Shown: positions 17,748 through 27,583, numbered from the stretch's first letter. The stretch is DNA of 64,000 bases from an uncultured Gemmatimonadota bacterium (GCA_964490075.1 CAZBBK010000021.1:1-64000); one strand, 5' to 3'. Translations and numbers: made by a program. The notes: a model not told the origin generated them from the sequence alone.

Positions 17748-19220
17748 GTGAACCGACACCAAGCCGCGAAGCGAGCGGTGCTGATCGCTCTGTCTCTGGT
17801 GCTGGTCTGGGCGGTCCGCCACGACCCTCTCCCCTACCTGCGCGGTCCCGCTCCCTTTCCCGAGTGGCGCTGGCTCTACCTGGCCAAGCCGACCCTCGAG
17901 CGCGCCTTCCCCGCGGCGCTCTGCGCGGCGGCCATCCTCGGCCTGATCGCCCTCTCGGGGCGGCGCGCGCGCCACCCGAAGCGCGCCGCCGCCGCACTGA
18001 TCGCCCTGGGCATCCCCATCGGCGCCGGCTTCCAGGTGGCGCTGCTCGACCTCGAGATCGAGGGCGCATCCGCCACCTTGGTGCACCGCACGGCCGATCC
18101 GCTCTTCACCTCCTACCTGAGCGTCGCCGCGTCGCCCGATGCGCGCGATCCGCGCGCCCTGCTGGAGCGCTCCCGTGAGCTGCGCCGCGCCTGGGCGCGC
18201 TGGGCGCCCCATGCCGCCACCCATCCGCCGGGGGCGGTGCTGCTCTACCGCGCCGGGATCGAGCTCTGCGCGCGCACCCCGGCCCTCGGCCGCGCGCTGG
18301 TGGAGCGGGTGCGGCGCTCCGGCGTCGACCCGCGCACCCTGCGCCCGCCGCTGCCGCCCCCGGCGCTGGCCGCCGCGCTGCTGCTGCCCTGGCTGTTGGC
18401 ACTGGCGGCGGCGGCGAGTGCCGCGCCGGTGGCCTGCGCGGCCGCCGGGCTGCACGGCGACCCCCTGGCGGCGGCCCGCGCCGGGCTGCTCTGGCTGCTG
18501 CTGCCGGGTCCGGTCCTGATGCTCCCCGAGCTGGACCAGGCCCTGGCCCTGCCGGTGGCGCTGACAATCGCGGCGCTGCTGGCGGGGGCGCGGGCGCCCG
18601 CGCCCGGCCGGGCGGCGCTCTGGGGAGCCCGCGCCGGAGTGGCCGCGGCGCTGGCCAAGCAGCTCTCTTACGGCGCGGGGGCGCTCCAGGCGATCGGAGG
18701 GGCCGCCGCCCTGGCGGCCGGCTTCGAGAGGGCCCACGCGCCGCGCTCGGCGCGCTCGATCGCGGCGGCGGCGGGAGCGGCGCTCGCCCTGGCCCTGATC
18801 CTCTTCCTGCTGCCGACCGGGCTCTTGCACGCCTCGCCCCTGGCCGACGCCCGCTCCGCCCTGGCGATCCACCGCGCCGGCTTCACCCTCCCCCGTGACT
18901 ACCGGCTCTGGCTGCTCTTCAATCCGATCGACTTCCTGCTCTTCCTCGGCCCCCCGCTGGCGCTGGCCGGCCTGCTGCGTCTCGATACCGCGCCCCCCGC
19001 CCCCGCCGCGCGCCGCTTCGCCCGCGCCTTCGCCGCCGGCGCCTTTGGGCTGCTGCTGAGCGGCGTCCTGCGCGGCGAAGCGGGCCGCATCGCCATCCCC
19101 CTGATGGCGCCCGCGCTGCTGGCCTTCCTGCCGCGCCCGGGCCGCGGCGACGCGCTGCTGATCGGCGCGTTGCTGCTGCTGCTCGACGGTGCCTTGCGGC
19201 TTTCCTGGCAGTTGCCCTGA
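17748..19220 (+). CDS. Polytopic membrane protein, possible GT-C-fold glycosyltransferase
   Basis: Many TM segments; HAATHPPG loop motif and GEAGRI near the C-terminus. Confidence 0.55.
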   Translation: MNRHQAAKRAVLIALSLVLVWAVRHDPLPYLRGPAPFPEWRWLYLAKPTLERAFPAALCAAAILGLIALSGRRARHPKRAAAALIALGIPIGAGFQVALLDLEIEGASATLVHRTADPLFTSYLSVAASPDARDPRALLERSRELRRAWARWAPHAATHPPGAVLLYRAGIELCARTPALGRALVERVRRSGVDPRTLRPPLPPPALAAALLLPWLLALAAAASAAPVACAAAGLHGDPLAAARAGLLWLLLPGPVLMLPELDQALALPVALTIAALLAGARAPAPGRAALWGARAGVAAALAKQLSYGAGALQAIGGAAALAAGFERAHAPRSARSIAAAAGAALALALILFLLPTGLLHASPLADARSALAIHRAGFTLPRDYRLWLLFNPIDFLLFLGPPLALAGLLRLDTAPPAPAARRFARAFAAGAFGLLLSGVLRGEAGRIAIPLMAPALLAFLPRPGRGDALLIGALLLLLDGALRLSWQLP

Positions 19221-19269
19221 TCCAACACACAACGCCGGAGCGCGCGGTCGAGGTGCAACCCGAGGCGAT

Positions 19270-19595
19270 CGGCCGCGTCCTGTCACCGTGGCTCCGGGGA
19301 CCCGAGAAGCGGCGGTCGCCCATGTGGAGCTGCTCGTGGAGCGGCTTCGCGTGGTGAGCCGCCAGATCCGGCGGTGTCACCAACGGCTCGACGCGCTTTG
19401 CGATGCGCAGACTCCGGAGAGCGATGGCGAGGAGTCGATTCCTGGGGAGCAAAACGAAGAGCGCGACGTCGAGATCCTGCGTTCCTTGCCCGTGCCAGCC
19501 GGAAGCGGCGGGTGGTGGTCATGCGCCGCGCCTGCCACCCCCGGCTGCGCGATGCTCCGAACCGGCGCCTTGTACCACCCCGCCCGCCGCTGCAC
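19270..19595 (+). mobile_element. IS110-family transposase remnant (internal fragments, deleted and frameshifted)
   Basis: TVAPGTREAAVAHVELLVERLR...RDVEILRSLP in one frame and VVVMRRACHPRLRDA in another, then LYHPAR. No N-terminal DEDD domain. Confidence 0.7.
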
Positions 19596-19717
19596 CGCAC
19601 CCCAGCGTTCCGCGGCATAGGCAATCGTCCGATCGCGAATCCCAGGGATTCCGTCCGGTCTCCGCCCCCGGAGTCGTGACGGAGCTCACCCTGGTGCGTG
19701 AGTGGATCGTTCCATCA

Positions 19718-20154
19718 GCCGTAGGGGCCGTCGAGCCTCTCGGGTGATTGGTGGAGGGAGGCGTTTGTCCGCTGCCGATGGGGGCTCCGGCCGTCCCATC
19801 CGGCGGGAGGTCCGCGGCGCCGAGATCTCGGATCCCGGAGAAGCCGAAATCCACACCCGCACGCAGGCTCCGCTCCGGCCTCGCGGCATCAGGGTCGGAA
19901 TCCGGTCGTAGCTCGCGACTCCGATCGAGGAGCTGAGGGTTGCGGCCAGATTCTGGTCACAACTCCCGACTCTCGATCGAGAGTCGCGAGTTACGGCGCG
20001 AATACGGTCGTGGCTCCGGTTTCATCGCGATGAGTGACGAGTTATGACGGATATACGGTCGTAGCTCCGCACTCTCGATCGAGAGTGGCGAGTTGTGTCG
20101 CGAAAGGGCGTCATGACTCGCGGTTCCGGGCGCGGAGCTGGGCTTTGTGTCGGG
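19718..20154. repeat. Dispersed palindromic repeat element, copy 2 (same orientation as copy 1)
   Basis: Matches 1-54 and about 95-375 (core offset 19779). Confidence 0.92.
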
Positions 20155-20270
20155 GCAGCGCGCGGGGATCGTGGAGCCTCCCGTGGGCCTGGACGGCACG
20201 GGCGCGCGCACCCCGTGGATGGGGCTTCTGGCCGTCCCATCCGGCGGGAGGTCCGCGGCGCGGCGCCGAG
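19777..20270. repeat. Direct repeats flanking the palindromic array in copy 2
   Basis: Identical 32-mer GGCCGTCCCATCCGGCGGGAGGTCCGCGGCGC at 19789-19820 and 20230-20261, each preceded by GATGGG that can pair with CCCATC. Confidence 0.85.
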
Positions 20271-20608
20271 TCGGTCGTGGAAGCGGAGACCCTTTCGGCG
20301 AAACCGACTACGGGGCTGCAACAGATGCCGCGGCTGTCCGAGCAGGTAGGCATGCTCTCGAGCATTCCATCTGTCCAGCCGCCGGTGCCGTCCCACCGCC
20401 CGCGACCTGCCCCACCGTCCGAAGACCATCCTCCTCTACAAGGCGTCCGGGGTCACAGCCCCGGAGTTCTTCGTTGCCTGATGGTGAGGAGTCCCTGCCC
20501 GACTCCTTTGCCCGAATCGGGCATGGGCAGGGGCATGAACACCCCAACCAAAGGTATTCGCGGCTTGGGTCGATCCTCTCGATGTACCAGTACATCCGGA
20601 GGAGAACC

Positions 20609-21226
20609 ATGTCGTCCCCCGTCGTCCTGCTCCTGGTGCCCGGACTGACCTCGCAGGCGGGGTTGATCCAGGCGCTCGGCTGGCCGGGCTGCGCCTGCGG
20701 CTCGTTCGCGCCGATGAGCGAAGCGATCGATCCCGAATCGGTGCTGCTCGGCGGCGCGCTGGCGCCCGCCCTCGGCAGCGACATCCGCGTCGTGCTGGCG
20801 ACCTACGGCATGACCACCGAGGAGCTCGACCTGCGCCGCGACGAGGCGCTCCAGTCCAACGCCGGCGCGCGCTCCGCGTGCGCCATGGGAACCGCCCTGG
20901 TGATCGCCCGCGGCGTCGATCCCGATGGCTGGCTCGACTTCGCATCGTCCCTGCCCGAGCTCAACGTGCTGGTGGTCGGCCACAGCACCGGCACGCAACC
21001 CGGCGCCTTGCTGGCCGCCGGCCCCGACGTCATCCCCGGGGCCTGGGTGGAGGCTCGGCCGATCGATCTGCTGCCGACTCTGCTGGCCCATTTCGAGGTG
21101 CTGCCGCCGCCGGGTCCCGCCCCGCGGGGGCGCATGATTCACCAGATCTTCCGCTGGGCCCATCCCGATCGACCCGCGGAAAGCAGCGCCGCAACCGGCC
21201 GCGCGGCCGACGACCAACGGGAGTGA
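20609..21226 (+). CDS. Short, degenerate alkaline-phosphatase/phosphodiesterase-fold protein
   Basis: Strong RBS GGAGGAG. GALLAAGPDV.PG...IDLLPTLL...GR resembles the superfamily C-terminus. Metal-ligand motifs are absent. Confidence 0.55.
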   Translation: MSSPVVLLLVPGLTSQAGLIQALGWPGCACGSFAPMSEAIDPESVLLGGALAPALGSDIRVVLATYGMTTEELDLRRDEALQSNAGARSACAMGTALVIARGVDPDGWLDFASSLPELNVLVVGHSTGTQPGALLAAGPDVIPGAWVEARPIDLLPTLLAHFEVLPPPGPAPRGRMIHQIFRWAHPDRPAESSAATGRAADDQRE

Positions 21227-21230
21227 GCCG

Positions 21231-22073
21231 ATGAATGCCGATCCTGGACTGCGCAGCGAGCTCGACGACGAGGTCTGGCTGCGCCTGCTGGACGATATCG
21301 AGCGCCAGCTCATCGCCGAGCAAGCGCAAGGCCCTCCGCTGCGGGTGCTGGAGATCGCGCCGCGCCTCGGTGGCGTGGCGACCCTGCTCTGCGACCGCCA
21401 CCAGGTCCGTGTCCTGGACCAGGGCGAGACCCCCCTCTCCCCGGCCCTGACGCGCCACCGCTTCGCCCTGCCCTTCCCCGACTGCGAGGACGAGAGCGTC
21501 GACCTGGTCCTGCTGCTGGGCCGGCTGGAGCACGACGAGGCCCCCGCCGCCACCCTCGCGGAGGTGCGGCGGGTGCTGCGCGAAGGCGGCCGGCTGGTGT
21601 TCGCCGTGGTCGACCCCCGCGCACTGCCCGGGGCACGCCCCCCCTACCCTGAGATCCTCTCCGAGGCGGCGCTGCCGGGACTCCTGGCGCGCCACGACCT
21701 GCTCATCGAGCGCCTGCATCCCTGGGGCCCGAAGGGGGCCGAGGCACATGCGCGGGTGGGAGTGGCGCTGCGCGCCCTGCGCTCGGCGGCCGCGGAGCAC
21801 AACCGAATCGGGGTGACCCTCTTCCAGCAGGGCAAGACCGGCGAGGCCTGGTGCCGCTTCCAGCGCGCCATCGATCTCGATCCCTCGCTGGCCGACGCCC
21901 TCTTCAACCGCGCCTCGCTGCAGCGCCTCGGCGGCCGCCCCGACCTGTTCCGCGCGGGGCTCGAGGCGGTGCTGCGCATCGCCCCCGACCATCCGGGAGC
22001 CAACGCCGAGCTGCAACGCCAGACTTCTGATCCCACGCTCGAGGCGCCGCAGGCGCTGGAGGTCGCACCATGA
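21231..22073 (+). CDS. Methyltransferase-like domain + TPR protein
   Basis: LPFPDCEDESVDLV...LEH...EVRRVLREGG, then TPR HNRIGVTLFQQG...AIDLDP...ALFNRA. Confidence 0.75.
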   Translation: MNADPGLRSELDDEVWLRLLDDIERQLIAEQAQGPPLRVLEIAPRLGGVATLLCDRHQVRVLDQGETPLSPALTRHRFALPFPDCEDESVDLVLLLGRLEHDEAPAATLAEVRRVLREGGRLVFAVVDPRALPGARPPYPEILSEAALPGLLARHDLLIERLHPWGPKGAEAHARVGVALRALRSAAAEHNRIGVTLFQQGKTGEAWCRFQRAIDLDPSLADALFNRASLQRLGGRPDLFRAGLEAVLRIAPDHPGANAELQRQTSDPTLEAPQALEVAP

Positions 22074-24616
22074 GCGACGGCCGCTTCGCATCGACCCGCA
22101 TCGCCCTGATCTACGACGACCAGGTCCGCCCCGACACCACCGGCGGCTACTGCCTGCGCGCGCTGGAGAAGATCTGCCAGCCGACCCACGTGCGTCCCAA
22201 AGAGCTGTACGGCCTGGAGCAGCGCTTCGATCTCTTCCTGAACATCGACGACAGCTTCCGCTACCTGCTCCCCGCCGAGCTGCGGCCGGCCGCGTTCTGG
22301 GTGATCGACACCCACCTGCAGTACGACTGGGACCTGCACAAGGCGCGCAGCTTCGACTGGACCTTCGCGGCGCAGAAGAACGGCGCCGAGCGGCTCGCCG
22401 CGGACGGCGTCGAGCAGGCCGCCTGGCTGCCCCTGGCCTGCGACCCCGAGATCCACCGCCGCGACCCCAAGATAGACGCCGAAGAGGATGTGGTGTTCGT
22501 CGGCAACATCTTTCCGGGTCCGCGCAAGGAGCTCCTGGAGGCGGTCGCTCGGGAGTTCCCCAAGCACTTCATCGGCCAGGCCTTCTTCCGCGAGATGGCC
22601 GAGCGCTTCTCGTCCGGCAAGATCCTGGTCAACCAATCGATCAAGGACGACGTGAACATGCGCGTCTTCGAGGGCTGCGCCTGCGGGCGGCTCTTGATCA
22701 CCAACGATCTGCGCCACAACGGCCAGGAGGAGCTGCTGCAGAACGGCCGCCACCTGGTCACCTTCGATTCGATCGACGACGCGCTCGGCAAGCTGCGCCA
22801 CTATCTGGCGGAGGACGAGGAGCGCGAGGCGATCGCCGCCGCCGGAGCCGAGGAGGTGCGCCGCAACCACACCTACGCCCGGCGCATGGAGCAGCTCTTG
22901 GAGACCGCGGGACGCGCCGGGGCGGGAGAGGGGCAGGCCTTCTCGATCCGTCGCCGGCAGCTGCCCCTGACCTCGGTGCTGGTGCTGGCGCACGACCAGG
23001 AGAAGTACAACCGCATGTGCGTCGAATCGATCCGGCGCTACACCCGGGTCCCCTACGAGCTGATCCTGATCGACAACGGCTCGAAGGACGGCACCCTCGA
23101 GCTCTTCCGCTCGGTGCCCGGGGCCAAGGTGGTCGAGAACGGCGCCAACCTGGGTTTCGCCGGCGGCTTCAACCGCGGCATCGAAGCGGCGCGCGGCGAC
23201 TACGTGGTGCTGCTCAACAACGACACCCTGGTCACCGAAGGTTGGCTGGAGAAGATGCTCGCCGCCTTCGACGCCGACCCCGAGCTGGCCGTCGCCGGCC
23301 CGATGACCAACTGCATCTCCGGCGCCCAGCTGGTGAAAGAGGTGTCCTACACCGACGAGGCCTCGCTGCAGCGCTTCGCCCGCGAGCGGGCGACCGATCT
23401 GGCCGGGCACCTGGAGCTGGTGTCCCGCATCACCGGCTTCTGCATGATGATTTCGCGAAGCGCGATCGAGCGCATCGGAACGCTCGATACGCGCTTCGGA
23501 ATCGGCAACTTCGAAGACGATGACTACTGCGTAAGGACACGCTTAGAAGGTTTTCACGTAGGTATTTGCAGCGATGTATTCATTCATCACTTCGGTTCCG
23601 TAACCTTCCGCGCCTCGAAGCTCGACTACGGCGAGCTGCTGCAGAAGAACCAGGCTCTGTTCCGCGAGAAATGGACCCAGGCCGAGCCGCCGGCGCCGCG
23701 TCCCGCGCCAGCGCCCGCGCCGACCCCGGCGCCCGCTGCCGCGGCGCCGGGCTCGCAACCCGCGTCCCCGCCCTCCCCCGCACCCTCCACGTCCCCGCCA
23801 TCGCTGCGCGAGGATCGCCTGAGCAAGGGCCGCGCCGTCTTCGAAAAGGGTCTCGCCCTGCACAAATGCGGCGAGCTGGAGGCGGCCAGCGAGGCCTACC
23901 TGGCGGCCGCCGCCCTGCTGCCGGATGCGCCCGCTCCCCTGGAACGTCTGGGCGAGATCCTGCTGGAGAACGGTGCTCCCGGCGAGGCCGCGGAAATCTA
24001 CCAGCGCCTGGTGCGCCTGGTGCCGGCGTCGGCCGAGGCGGCCACCCGCCTGGGCATCGCCTACGCACGCGCCGGCCGCCAGCGCGAGGCGATCATGCAG
24101 CTTGAGAAGACCGCGTGTGAACAACCCCTCGCGCCCTCGGAGCGAGCCCTGATCCTGGCCTGGTCCGCCGACGCGCGCCTGGCGCTGGGCGACGCCGCGG
24201 GGGCCGAGAGCCTCTACCGGGGCGCCCTCGGAACTCTGCCCGACAAGCCCGACTTGCACGACGGCCTGGGGCGGGCGCTGGTCGCGGCCGGAAAGGAGCG
24301 CGAAGCGATCGAGGCGCTGCGACGGGCCTGCGAGCTTCCCGGCGCCGACCTCCGCTTCCGGGGCAACCTGGCGGCGGCGCTGTGGAGCACCGGCGAGCGC
24401 GACGAGGCCTTCGAGATCCTCTGCGCCGCGCTCAGCGAGGGTTGCGACGATCCGGTGGTGGCCGAAAACCTCGCGACCTGCGCGCTGGAGCTGGAGCGCC
24501 CCGGCGAGGCCCTGGCCCTGCTCGGACCGAAGCGCGAGCTCTGGGGCTCCGATCCACCGCCCTGGCTCGAGGCGCTCGAGGCGGTGGGAGTGGACGAGAA
24601 CGACGGACAAGGTTGA
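22070..24616 (+). CDS. Multidomain glycosyltransferase (CgeB-like GT-B + GT2 + Pro-rich linker + TPRs)
   Basis: NMRVFEG...HTYARR; LIDNGSKDGT, NLGFAGGFNRG, LLNND, FEDDDYC; C-terminal TPR repeats. Confidence 0.9.
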   Translation: MSDGRFASTRIALIYDDQVRPDTTGGYCLRALEKICQPTHVRPKELYGLEQRFDLFLNIDDSFRYLLPAELRPAAFWVIDTHLQYDWDLHKARSFDWTFAAQKNGAERLAADGVEQAAWLPLACDPEIHRRDPKIDAEEDVVFVGNIFPGPRKELLEAVAREFPKHFIGQAFFREMAERFSSGKILVNQSIKDDVNMRVFEGCACGRLLITNDLRHNGQEELLQNGRHLVTFDSIDDALGKLRHYLAEDEEREAIAAAGAEEVRRNHTYARRMEQLLETAGRAGAGEGQAFSIRRRQLPLTSVLVLAHDQEKYNRMCVESIRRYTRVPYELILIDNGSKDGTLELFRSVPGAKVVENGANLGFAGGFNRGIEAARGDYVVLLNNDTLVTEGWLEKMLAAFDADPELAVAGPMTNCISGAQLVKEVSYTDEASLQRFARERATDLAGHLELVSRITGFCMMISRSAIERIGTLDTRFGIGNFEDDDYCVRTRLEGFHVGICSDVFIHHFGSVTFRASKLDYGELLQKNQALFREKWTQAEPPAPRPAPAPAPTPAPAAAAPGSQPASPPSPAPSTSPPSLREDRLSKGRAVFEKGLALHKCGELEAASEAYLAAAALLPDAPAPLERLGEILLENGAPGEAAEIYQRLVRLVPASAEAATRLGIAYARAGRQREAIMQLEKTACEQPLAPSERALILAWSADARLALGDAAGAESLYRGALGTLPDKPDLHDGLGRALVAAGKEREAIEALRRACELPGADLRFRGNLAAALWSTGERDEAFEILCAALSEGCDDPVVAENLATCALELERPGEALALLGPKRELWGSDPPPWLEALEAVGVDENDGQG

Positions 24617-24701
24617 AATCGGGGCCAGGGCAGGATAGGAATATTGGTTCCTTGATGCGTCCCCCCCTCTTTCCGACCCGCCCTTGCGGAGATTCGATTC
24701 C

Positions 24702-26201
24702 GTGACCGAGCGCCGACCTTTCTACGTGCTGCTGATGCTGGCCGGCATCGTGGTCCCCGCGCTGGTCGCGCTCTCGCCGCTGGTCTACGTGCGGATCGAA
24801 GGGGCCGGCATGTCGCTGCCCCTGCCGGCGCCGCTCTACGCGCGCTCCTACTCGCTCGCGGTGCTGCTGGTGGGACTGGCATCCGCCTTCATGCTGGGGC
24901 GCCGCTTCCTTGCCCGGGTCACGCTGCCTTCGCCGCGCAAGCTCTTCTTCGTCTTCTTGATGATCGGCTTCTACTTCTCGGTCCTTCCCGGCCCCTACGT
25001 CGGCACCCTGCTGCTGCTCTACTACGCGGCCCTGTTGGTCGTCGCCCTGCTGGGGGCCGATGTCCGACTGCGCTTCGCGGCGCTCAACTGGTGGATGCTG
25101 GTCTACCTGGCGGTGTGCGCCGCCAGCCTGCACATGCTGACCCGCGGCGGCAACATGTACCAGATCCGCGAGCTGCTGCAGCCCTTCTCGCGCTTCCTCT
25201 CGGTGCTCTTCATCATCAACTTCCTGCGCGACTGGGAGGACTTCGAGTTCGTGGCCAAGGTCTTCCTGGCCATCGGCTTCGTGGTGATCGTGGTGGCCGT
25301 CTACCAGGTGGCGATGTTCAGCCTCTTCGGCAAGATCACCTCGCTCATGTCCGAGGAGGAAGGAAGACGCCGCTTCTTCACCATCGCCGGCTTCACCTTC
25401 CTGCGCGCCACCGGGCTCTTCCGCCATCCGGCCTATCTGGGCGAGGTGTGCGCCCTCGGGGCGCTGATGCCCCTGGTGCAGATCTTCCGTCCCGGTCAGA
25501 GCTTTCGGCGAATCGTCATACTGCTCTTCGTGGTGGCGGTCATGCTGGGCGGCATGATCTGCTCCTTCAGCCGCGCCTCGTGGCTCGCCTTCCTGGTCGT
25601 GGCCGTGATCGCGTTACCCCTGCTAAAGCCCCGTTGGGCAGTGAGATACATCGTTACCGCCTCGATCCTGGGCGGTCTCTTCGTGCTCGCTGGGGGGCTC
25701 AACGCCTCGATCGATTACATGCTGGAGGCGAAGACTTCGTCGGTCGACTACAGAGTAGAGATCATGCGCTTGGGGCTCGATGCCTTCTCCCGCAGCCCGC
25801 TGCTGGGAACCGGGCTCGAGGCTTTTGTGCGATATCCTGGCAACATCGAGAAATTCCACGTCCACAACACGTTTATCATGGCCTTTACCGAGCTGGGTGT
25901 GATCGGCGGCGTGTTGATCCTCCTGATCTACATCCATGCCATCAATCGTTCGATCCGCAACCTGCTCATGGCGATCGATCCGCTGGATCGTAACCTCGCC
26001 GTGATCCTCTTCCTGGCGTTGGTGCTCATCCTGGTCATGCAGCAGTTCGAGCAAGCGCTCCACTTCCACATGAACTATTTTCTTCTTGGGTCGATCGAGG
26101 CAATGTCGATCTATCTCCGCCAAAAACAAGGAGAAAACACCGCCGCCAGGTTGCGACGCAGCGAGCTGATTCGCCACCTGCCGCGCACGAGATGGGCATG
26201 A
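24702..26201 (+). CDS. O-antigen ligase/polymerase (Wzy_C) family protein
   Basis: Many TMs; RATGLFRHP, SFSRASW, PLLGTG, HVHNTF...ELGVIG. Confidence 0.88.
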   Translation: MTERRPFYVLLMLAGIVVPALVALSPLVYVRIEGAGMSLPLPAPLYARSYSLAVLLVGLASAFMLGRRFLARVTLPSPRKLFFVFLMIGFYFSVLPGPYVGTLLLLYYAALLVVALLGADVRLRFAALNWWMLVYLAVCAASLHMLTRGGNMYQIRELLQPFSRFLSVLFIINFLRDWEDFEFVAKVFLAIGFVVIVVAVYQVAMFSLFGKITSLMSEEEGRRRFFTIAGFTFLRATGLFRHPAYLGEVCALGALMPLVQIFRPGQSFRRIVILLFVVAVMLGGMICSFSRASWLAFLVVAVIALPLLKPRWAVRYIVTASILGGLFVLAGGLNASIDYMLEAKTSSVDYRVEIMRLGLDAFSRSPLLGTGLEAFVRYPGNIEKFHVHNTFIMAFTELGVIGGVLILLIYIHAINRSIRNLLMAIDPLDRNLAVILFLALVLILVMQQFEQALHFHMNYFLLGSIEAMSIYLRQKQGENTAARLRRSELIRHLPRTRWA

Positions 26202-27583
26202 GAGAGCTGAGCTTTCTGGACCTTGTGCAGGTCATCGCCTCACGGCGCCGCTCGATCCTGATGATCGTGCTGGTCTCGATGCTGGCCAGCGTCGGCCTGT
26301 CATCGGTGTTCCCTCCGGTGTACGAGATCACGCTCAACTGCCTCATGCCGCGCAACGCGCCGGCGGTGGGGCTGACGACTCCCCCCTCTTCGGAGATCCT
26401 GCGGCCCCTGCTGCCGGCGTCGGCGGACCACGATATCGATGCGCTGACCGATATCTTGTCGCTGAAGGCGATCGACGACCTGGCAGAGCAGATCGCGGGC
26501 GAGCGGATCAACACCTCGACCACCGACATCGACGTCGAGGACTCCGGTCTGATCACCATCACCACTTACGCGCGCCAGATCGAAGACGGGCAGCGCACCG
26601 CGCTGCGGGTCTACGACGCGATGAACGGGCTGTTCCGGCGAGTCTCGCTCGACAACAACCGCAGGGTGCGGGAGTTCATCGAGGGGGAGCTGGAGACGGT
26701 GCTGGGGCGCCGTGAGACATCGGAGGCGAAGCTGCTCGAGTATCACCGGCAGAAGGAGATCGTGAACCTCGACCAGGAGCTGAGCCTGCTGGTCAGCAAG
26801 CGCAGCACCTTCGCCGATCGCATCGACCAGACGGTGGTGGCGCTGCGCGAGTCGAACGGTCGTCTGGCGACGCTGCGGCGCGAGCTGAAGAAGGCCGAGG
26901 TCGAGGTGAGCACGGAGCAGCTCGCCGAAAGCTCGGTGATCACCCAGCTGCGCACTCAGATCGCCGAGAAGGAAGTGCAGCTCGCCACGGTTTCCCACGA
27001 GCTGACCGCCTCGCACCCCTCGGTGAGCTCGACCCAGGCCGCGCTCAAGGAGCTGCGGGCCTTGCTGCGCCAGGAGATCGAGCGCAACTTGCGGGTCGAG
27101 ACCGAGGGTCTGAACCAGATCCAGCGCAGCATCCAGTCCGACTACATCTCCGAGCGGATCTCCAACGAGGCACTGAAGGCGGAGCGGGATGCGCTCCAAG
27201 AGGTCTACACCACGCTCAACGAGCACGCCATGGCGGCGCCCGAGATCCGCACCGCGATGAGCCGCCTCGCCGAGGATGTCACCCGCGACCGGAGGATGGA
27301 GGAGTCGCTGGCGACCCAGCTCGAAGAGGTGAAGATCCAGGGCGTGAAGGAGATGATCTCGTTCGAGATCATCGACGGGCCGAACGCGCCGACCAGCGCC
27401 CGCTATCCCAATACCGTCGCCAACGTTCTGGTGAGCGTGGCGCTGGCCTTGATCGTGTCGCTGGTCTACTGCGTGGTGGTCGAACGCAACGACCTGGAGC
27501 GGGAGCGCTCGATCCGCGGCGTGGTGTTCGTCGATCGAGACATGATCGAGGCGATGGGCGCCGGCGGGACGGAGGAGCAATGA
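26198..27583 (+). CDS. Wzz/GumC-like polysaccharide co-polymerase (no tyrosine-kinase domain)
   Basis: N-terminal TM, long coiled coil with HPSV, IIDGPNAP, and a C-terminal TM. Confidence 0.82.
   Translation: MRELSFLDLVQVIASRRRSILMIVLVSMLASVGLSSVFPPVYEITLNCLMPRNAPAVGLTTPPSSEILRPLLPASADHDIDALTDILSLKAIDDLAEQIAGERINTSTTDIDVEDSGLITITTYARQIEDGQRTALRVYDAMNGLFRRVSLDNNRRVREFIEGELETVLGRRETSEAKLLEYHRQKEIVNLDQELSLLVSKRSTFADRIDQTVVALRESNGRLATLRRELKKAEVEVSTEQLAESSVITQLRTQIAEKEVQLATVSHELTASHPSVSSTQAALKELRALLRQEIERNLRVETEGLNQIQRSIQSDYISERISNEALKAERDALQEVYTTLNEHAMAAPEIRTAMSRLAEDVTRDRRMEESLATQLEEVKIQGVKEMISFEIIDGPNAPTSARYPNTVANVLVSVALALIVSLVYCVVVERNDLERERSIRGVVFVDRDMIEAMGAGGTEEQ

Noticed and set aside
1-20154. 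Composite transposon or genomic island bounded by the two repeat copies
   Set aside because: There is no intact transposase or integrase, the internal genes have host-like composition, and the left boundary lies outside the window.
20270-20600. Riboswitch (e.g. c-di-GMP) upstream of the glycosylation cluster
   Set aside because: Several small hairpins are present, but I could not match a consensus aptamer; an Rfam scan is needed.
23680-23800. Tandem DNA repeat in the glycosyltransferase gene
   Set aside because: It is a low-complexity Pro/Ala linker with no exact nucleotide periodicity.
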